A stretch of 64,000 bases of DNA from positions 608,001 through 672,000 of the forward strand of contig CAWDML010000001.1 in assembly GCA_963803435.1 (NCBI GenBank), read 5' to 3'. Made by a program: the position numbers and the translations under genes. This stretch comes from an uncultured delta proteobacterium (GTDB taxonomy: Bacteria; Myxococcota; Kuafuiibacteriia; Kuafuiibacteriales; Kuafuiibacteriaceae). The notes beneath the pieces were generated by a model that had not been told where the DNA came from, did no database searches, and saw only the letters and a program-made list of their open reading frames with translations. Positions 58,328-64,000 of the stretch are shown here, one piece after another (the stretch's first letter is position 1; each line of letters opens with the position of its first letter).

Positions 58328-59495
58328 GCACCTTGGCGAGGGCCCGCTTCGACGGGAAGGCGTTGAACACGAACATCCGCTCGCTCGCCTCGATCGCAGC
58401 CTCGAGGTCGGCGTCGAGGAGCGAGCGATCCACACCGAGGACCAGCCCGGGATCCGGCCGGGCAGCCAGCGCCTCCATCCTCCGCACCAGCACCGCCCGG
58501 TGCCAGCGATGGAACAGCTCGACCGCGATCGACACGTTGGTCTCCCGATGTCGGAGCACGAAGTCCGGGACCGCGAGATCGCGGACGCCGACCTGACGGA
58601 TCTCCGGCGTGGCGTCGATCCGCCACTCCGGATCGTCGAATCCCTCCACGAACGCCTGGATCTCCTCGGGGAGATGCCCCGGCGCCGCCGCGTGGGGCGA
58701 GACCAGCGGGTCCGCCTCGGTCAGCTCGAGATTGCAAGCTGACTTGCGCGGCAGCACGATCACGGCCGAGACGCGGAAGCGGGCCGCGATCGGCACGGCG
58801 CCCAGAAAGCCGGCCAGCTGGAGCCCGTACTTCTTCTGCATGTCGAGGATCGCGCCAGGTCCCTCGACCTCCAGAACCCACCGCTCCTCGCTCCGCTCCA
58901 GCCAGGCGACCAGCCGGCAGAACTTCAGCCACCGGAGGAGGCGGCGGACCTCCACCAGATCCGGCCGCTCGAGCTCCACGGTCACCTGATCCGCGTAGAG
59001 CAGGAGGCCCTGCGCGAGCCCCAGGTTGTAGCGATCGAGCAGGGTCTCGGCGTCGATCGCACGCCATGAGGACAGCGGCCGTTGATCGGCAAGATCGGCG
59101 AACAGCCGGTCCCGAACCTCGGCCAGCTCCATCCGCTCGCCCAGTGCCTGCTGGTAGGCCTCGAAGCTGGCACCGTCCGGGAGGCCGCGCAGGAGCTCGG
59201 AGGCCGTCACGAAGACGGTCCGGCGCAGCGCCTCCGACTCCTCCCCGGCCTCGCCGAAGTCCATTCGGTCCATCACCAGCTTCGCGAGCCCGCGGGCGAT
59301 CTTCGGTCGCGCGTGCTCGTTCGCGTGCGCTCGCAGCGCCGCCTCGATCGCGCCTCGCGGCAGCGCGATCGATCGCCCTGCGGACTCGATCATCCGCGCC
59401 GCCAGCGCCAGGAGATCGGGAGCGCGGGGATCCACGAACGAGGGCCTGATCTTTCCCGAGCGAATCCGATAGAGCAGATGCTCGCGCGTCAGCAT
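58257..59495 (-). CDS. DUF790 (Bax1-like) endonuclease
   Basis: MLTREHL, RYNLGLAQGLL, EGP..KYG and VPDF...VELF (PD-(D/E)xK-like) motifs. Confidence 0.88.
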   Translation of the reverse strand: MLTREHLLYRIRSGKIRPSFVDPRAPDLLALAARMIESAGRSIALPRGAIEAALRAHANEHARPKIARGLAKLVMDRMDFGEAGEESEALRRTVFVTASELLRGLPDGASFEAYQQALGERMELAEVRDRLFADLADQRPLSSWRAIDAETLLDRYNLGLAQGLLLYADQVTVELERPDLVEVRRLLRWLKFCRLVAWLERSEERWVLEVEGPGAILDMQKKYGLQLAGFLGAVPIAARFRVSAVIVLPRKSACNLELTEADPLVSPHAAAPGHLPEEIQAFVEGFDDPEWRIDATPEIRQVGVRDLAVPDFVLRHRETNVSIAVELFHRWHRAVLVRRMEALAARPDPGLVLGVDRSLLDADLEAAIEASERMFVFNAFPSKRALAKVLTPRAAGASRDPPARPSGDRSGA

Positions 59496-60871
59496 CAGCG
59501 TCCCTTCCGGTACGCCCGGTGCTTGCGCCGCCGCTCGCTCATGCCGCTCTCGGCGGCCACGTCGGTGAGCACCTCGTAGAGGATGGCGCGCTTGTCGGGG
59601 CGCTTCCTGAGGATGCGCCCCAGACGCTGCACGTGCTCGCGCACGCTCCCGCTCCCAGAGAGCACCACACCGACGTTCGCCTCGGGCACGTCGACGCCCT
59701 CGTTGAGGACCCGGGAGGTCAACAGCACCCGCACGTCACCGGCTGAGAATGCGTCGAGCAGCCAGCGGCGCTCCTTCGGCTTCGTCTCGTGCGTGATCAC
59801 CGGCGCGATCAAACGGCGGGCGAGCTCGTAGACGGTCTCGTTGTCCTCGGTGAAGACGATAGTCCGATCGGCGCGATGATCGATGAGGATGCGCCAGAGC
59901 GCGTCGAGCTTGGCGCGCGACGTCAGCGCGATCTTTCGCTGCTCGCGATAGGCCGAAAACGCGGCCCGCCCCTCCTCGCTCTGCTGGCTACGCATGACGA
60001 AGACGCCCCAACCCTCCTGACGCGAGAAGTCGATCCGGTTCTTCCGGACGAACGCGAGATAGCGTTCGCGCGCCGCCTGGTAGCTCTCCTCCTCCTCCGC
60101 GTCGAGCCGCACCTGCACCGTTCGCACGTCGTAGGGTGCCAAGAAGCGGCCCTCGAGCTCCTCGATCCCGACGCGGTGGACCAGCGGGCCGAGCAACGCC
60201 TCCGCCACCTTCTCGCCGCCGTCGGCGCGCTCGAGCGTCGCGGTCAACCCCAACCGGAACGGCGCGAGCGAAGCCTCTGCGATGAACCGGTACGCGGGCG
60301 CCGGGAGGTGGTGGCACTCGTCGCAGATGAGAAAGCCGAAGTCGGCGCCGTGGAACTCGACCTGCGCTGCCGCCGAGTCGTACGTCGTCACCGTCAGCGC
60401 CCGCTTCTCCTTGACGCCGCCGCCCAGCATCCCGACCTCCACACCGAAGTGCTCCTCGAGGACGCGCTGCCACTGCGTCATCAGGTCGATCGTCGGCACC
60501 ACCACCAGCACCGGCCTCTTGATCTTCTCGATCGCGAGCACGGCCAGGATCGTCTTGCCAGCGCCGGTGGGTAGCTCGACCACGCCGTAGCCGCCGCGAT
60601 CCCACCAGCGATCGAGCGCCTCCTGCTGGTGCGGGAACGGCTCGATCACCGTGCGCCGGCTCAGCTCGAGCGTCTCGAAGCCGCGCGCGTGGTCCTCGAA
60701 CGGGACCTTGGCCCGGTGAAGCTCGAGGAGGAGCGTCCGGTACGCGGCTCCCCGCCCGCGGAAGGATCCCGTCCGATCGTCCCACGCGAGGTTCCGCGAC
60801 ACGATCTCCTCGCCCCCGGACGCGTCGGTGACGACGAGCGTCCCGCGGTCGAAGTGGATCTGCACCGGCAT
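59495..60871 (-). CDS. XPB/Rad25-like DEAH helicase
   Basis: LPTGAGKT, DECHH, GLTAT, LNEGVD and QRLGRILR motifs. Confidence 0.92.
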   Translation of the reverse strand: MPVQIHFDRGTLVVTDASGGEEIVSRNLAWDDRTGSFRGRGAAYRTLLLELHRAKVPFEDHARGFETLELSRRTVIEPFPHQQEALDRWWDRGGYGVVELPTGAGKTILAVLAIEKIKRPVLVVVPTIDLMTQWQRVLEEHFGVEVGMLGGGVKEKRALTVTTYDSAAAQVEFHGADFGFLICDECHHLPAPAYRFIAEASLAPFRLGLTATLERADGGEKVAEALLGPLVHRVGIEELEGRFLAPYDVRTVQVRLDAEEEESYQAARERYLAFVRKNRIDFSRQEGWGVFVMRSQQSEEGRAAFSAYREQRKIALTSRAKLDALWRILIDHRADRTIVFTEDNETVYELARRLIAPVITHETKPKERRWLLDAFSAGDVRVLLTSRVLNEGVDVPEANVGVVLSGSGSVREHVQRLGRILRKRPDKRAILYEVLTDVAAESGMSERRRKHRAYRKGR

Positions 60872-60878
60872 CGTTCGC

Positions 60879-61529
60879 TCAGAGCGGTCGCTCGAGGCTC
60901 ACGCCCGCGCCCACCAGCTCCGCGTCCCAGTGCAACCTACCTTGCATGACGCGGAGGTCCTCGACCGGCGGCTTGTCGGGGTTGATGATCGCGGCCAGGA
61001 AGCTCCGTCCCTCCGGATCGATCTCGAGCTCTACGTCGTGGAAGCCGAGGAACACGCCGACCCGCGGGTAGTAGCACTTGTAGAACGCCTCCTTGGCGCT
61101 GAACGTCACCTTGGCCCAATCGACGAGCGCGGGCAGCGAGGCGATGCGGGCCAGCTCGTCCGGCGTACAGATCATCCGGCGCAGGTCCGGCTTCAGCGCG
61201 TCCGCACCCTCCACGTCGAGCCCCACGCCGAGATACCGCTCCGAGCGTGCCACGGCGACCGCGCAGCAGCTGCGAGTGTGGCTGATGCTGCCGACGATGC
61301 CCGGCGGCCACCGGGGCGTCCGGTCCTCCTCGGACGGGATGGGAGCGGGCGCCATCCCCAGCCGGGCCAGCGCTGCGCGGGCCGCCGCCCGTCCCGCTCG
61401 ATATTCTCGACGTCGCTTCTCCACCGCCCGCAGGATCGCCGCCTCTTCCTCGGGAAAGAGCGGCGCCTCGTACATGTCCGGCGTGGCGCGAACCGTGACC
61501 ACGTCGGCCGGGAACAACGTCTCGATCAC
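60879..61529 (-). CDS. 4'-phosphopantetheinyl transferase (EntD/Npt type)
   Basis: KRRREY.AGR, PRWP.GIVGSISH, GLDVE and FSAKEAFYK motifs. Confidence 0.9.
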   Translation of the reverse strand: MIETLFPADVVTVRATPDMYEAPLFPEEEAAILRAVEKRRREYRAGRAAARAALARLGMAPAPIPSEEDRTPRWPPGIVGSISHTRSCCAVAVARSERYLGVGLDVEGADALKPDLRRMICTPDELARIASLPALVDWAKVTFSAKEAFYKCYYPRVGVFLGFHDVELEIDPEGRSFLAAIINPDKPPVEDLRVMQGRLHWDAELVGAGVSLERPL

Positions 61530-61559
61530 TCGACCCGACTTTGATACGACCCTGGGAGC

Positions 61560-63235
61560 ATGGCCAGCGTTTCGATCGCCACCCTGTACGCGAGAGAGGA
61601 CGCCCCCTCCGAAGGGCTGCGCAGCCGCGGCGCCGCCCAGATCGCCCTCTCCTGCTTCGAGCTGCCCGAGCCCGGTGAGCTCGAGGGTGCCGGCGCGATC
61701 CTGCTGCGCTCGCCCGATCCCGACACCGCCCGCCTGGACGCCGCCCTCGGCGACTCCACCGCCGCGGTGTTCCTCGACACGGGCGGCGCCTGGAGCGGGG
61801 CAGCCGGCGCGCTCCTCGTGGCTCTCCGGGAGCGGCGCCCCGACCTCACCGGCTGTTTCGGGGCCGATCCGTTGCGGGCCTTCGCGCGCGGCTTCCCCCT
61901 CGACTGGAATCGCACCGCCGAGCTGTTCGCCTTCGACGAGCTCCGCGTCCTCCGCCTCTCCACCGCGCCGTACTCGGACGCCGGCGCCGATCTCGACCAT
62001 CAGCTCGCGTTCCTCTTCGCAACCCTGCTCGACACGCTCAGGAACCTCGAGCCGCGCGGCATCGATCCCGCGACCGCGGCGCGCCGCACCTCGCTTCAGC
62101 TCGAGCTCGACTGCGATCAGTTCCTCGGCATTGCCGCGCTCCGCGCCACCCGCGCGCTTTGGGCGCGCATCGCCGAGGTGATCGGCTTCGACGCGCCGGC
62201 GTGCCTCCACGCCGAGACTGCCCGCCGGGTCCTCACCGAGCGGGACCCCTGGGTGAACCTGCTGCGCGGCACCGTCACCGCCTTCGCGGCGATCGCCGGC
62301 GGTGCCGACTGGATCACGGTGACGCCCTTCGACGCGATCGTTGGCCTGCCGGGCCCGCTCGGGCGGCGGCTCGCGCGCAACACCACGCTGCTCCTCGAAG
62401 AGGAGTCGCACCTCGCTCACGTCGTCGATCCGGCCGGCGGGAGCTGGTACGTCGAGCGCCTCACCCGCGAGCTGACGGAGCGCTCCTGGCGGACGCTCCA
62501 GGAGATCGAGGCCGCGGGTGGAATGCAGGCTGTCTTGACATCCGGCTGGATCGACCGCCGCGTGGAGGCGTCCCGGGCCGCGCGGCTCGACGCCGTCGCC
62601 CACCGCACCGCGCCGATCACGGGCGTCTCCGAGTTCGCTGATCTCGACGAGAAGCCGCTGCCGTCCCCCGCGTATCGTCCGCCGGCCCGCCGCGAGGTAC
62701 CGCCGATCGCCGATCTGGCCGCCGCCGTGGAGGCGGCTCGCCAGGGCGCCTCCCTCACCGAGCTGGCGCTCGCGCTCCCCACGTCGGGCCCCCGTCGGCC
62801 CGCGCTCCCGGTGATCCGTTTCGCCGCCGGGTTCGAGGCGCTGCGCGGCGCCGCCGACGCCCACCGCGAACGCACCGGCTCGCGTCCGAAGATCTTCCTC
62901 GCCAACCTGGGGTCGGTCTCGGAGCACACGGCCCGCGCCACCTGGGCGCGGAGCTTCTTCGAGGCCGGCGGCGTCGCGGCCGTCAGCTCGGACGGCGACG
63001 ATCCGGTCGGCGCCTTCGAGCGAAGCGGCGCGCGCGCGGCCGTGATCTGCTCCTCCGATCGCGTCTACGAGGCCCGCGCCGCCGAGGTCGCGCGAGCCCT
63101 CTCGGCCGCCGGCGCGAGCCCGCTCTACCTCGCCGGCAAGCCGAACGACGCCTACCCCGTCGACGCGTTCATCCACATCGGAGTCGATGTCCTCGCCACG
63201 CTCGGCGATCTCCACCGCGCGCTCGGGGTGCGGCC

Positions 63236-63239
<4 letters not shown>
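61560..63239 (+). CDS. mutA: Methylmalonyl-CoA mutase small subunit
   Basis: [21 protein letters not shown] and [10 protein letters not shown] motifs; C-terminal domain lacks DxHxxG. Confidence 0.9.

Positions 63240-64000
<761 letters not shown>

Noticed and set aside
61530-63215. Long N-terminal extension on the PPTase (778-aa ORF)
   Set aside because: Antisense shadow of mutA; PPTase similarity begins at GTG 61529.

Overview
High-GC, gene-dense bacterial chromosome segment, very likely Myxococcota (MYXO-CTERM sorting signal, many lipoproteins with DxG linkers, several Ser/Thr kinases). It holds about 51 protein genes. I saw no rRNA, tRNA, CRISPR array or mobile element. From left to right: a cbb3-type oxidase and maturation cluster (1-5.5 kb); mixed housekeeping, envelope and signalling genes (6-32 kb); a roughly 22-kb block of surface and lipoprotein genes (32-54 kb); then a kinase, DnaJ-TPR, a protease fusion, XPB-like helicase with DUF790, a PPTase and methylmalonyl-CoA mutase. 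Best candidates for undescribed systems are all in the 32-54 kb block: (i) a tight operon of a pentaheme MYXO-CTERM cytochrome, an Ig-repeat lipoprotein, a QhpD-like radical SAM/SPASM enzyme, a beta-propeller lipoprotein and a catalytically dead P-type ATPase, with no QhpC-like substrate visible; (ii) a dockerin-tailed M1 aminopeptidase coupled to a cohesin-like lipoprotein; (iii) an Omp85-like barrel coupled to a lipoprotein with an atypical kinase-like motif set; (iv) twin diheme lipoprotein cytochromes behind a sigma54-type promoter. About 11 frameshifts and 2 in-frame TGA stops look like long-read errors, several centred on GATC. All family calls come from motif recognition by eye, not from database searches.
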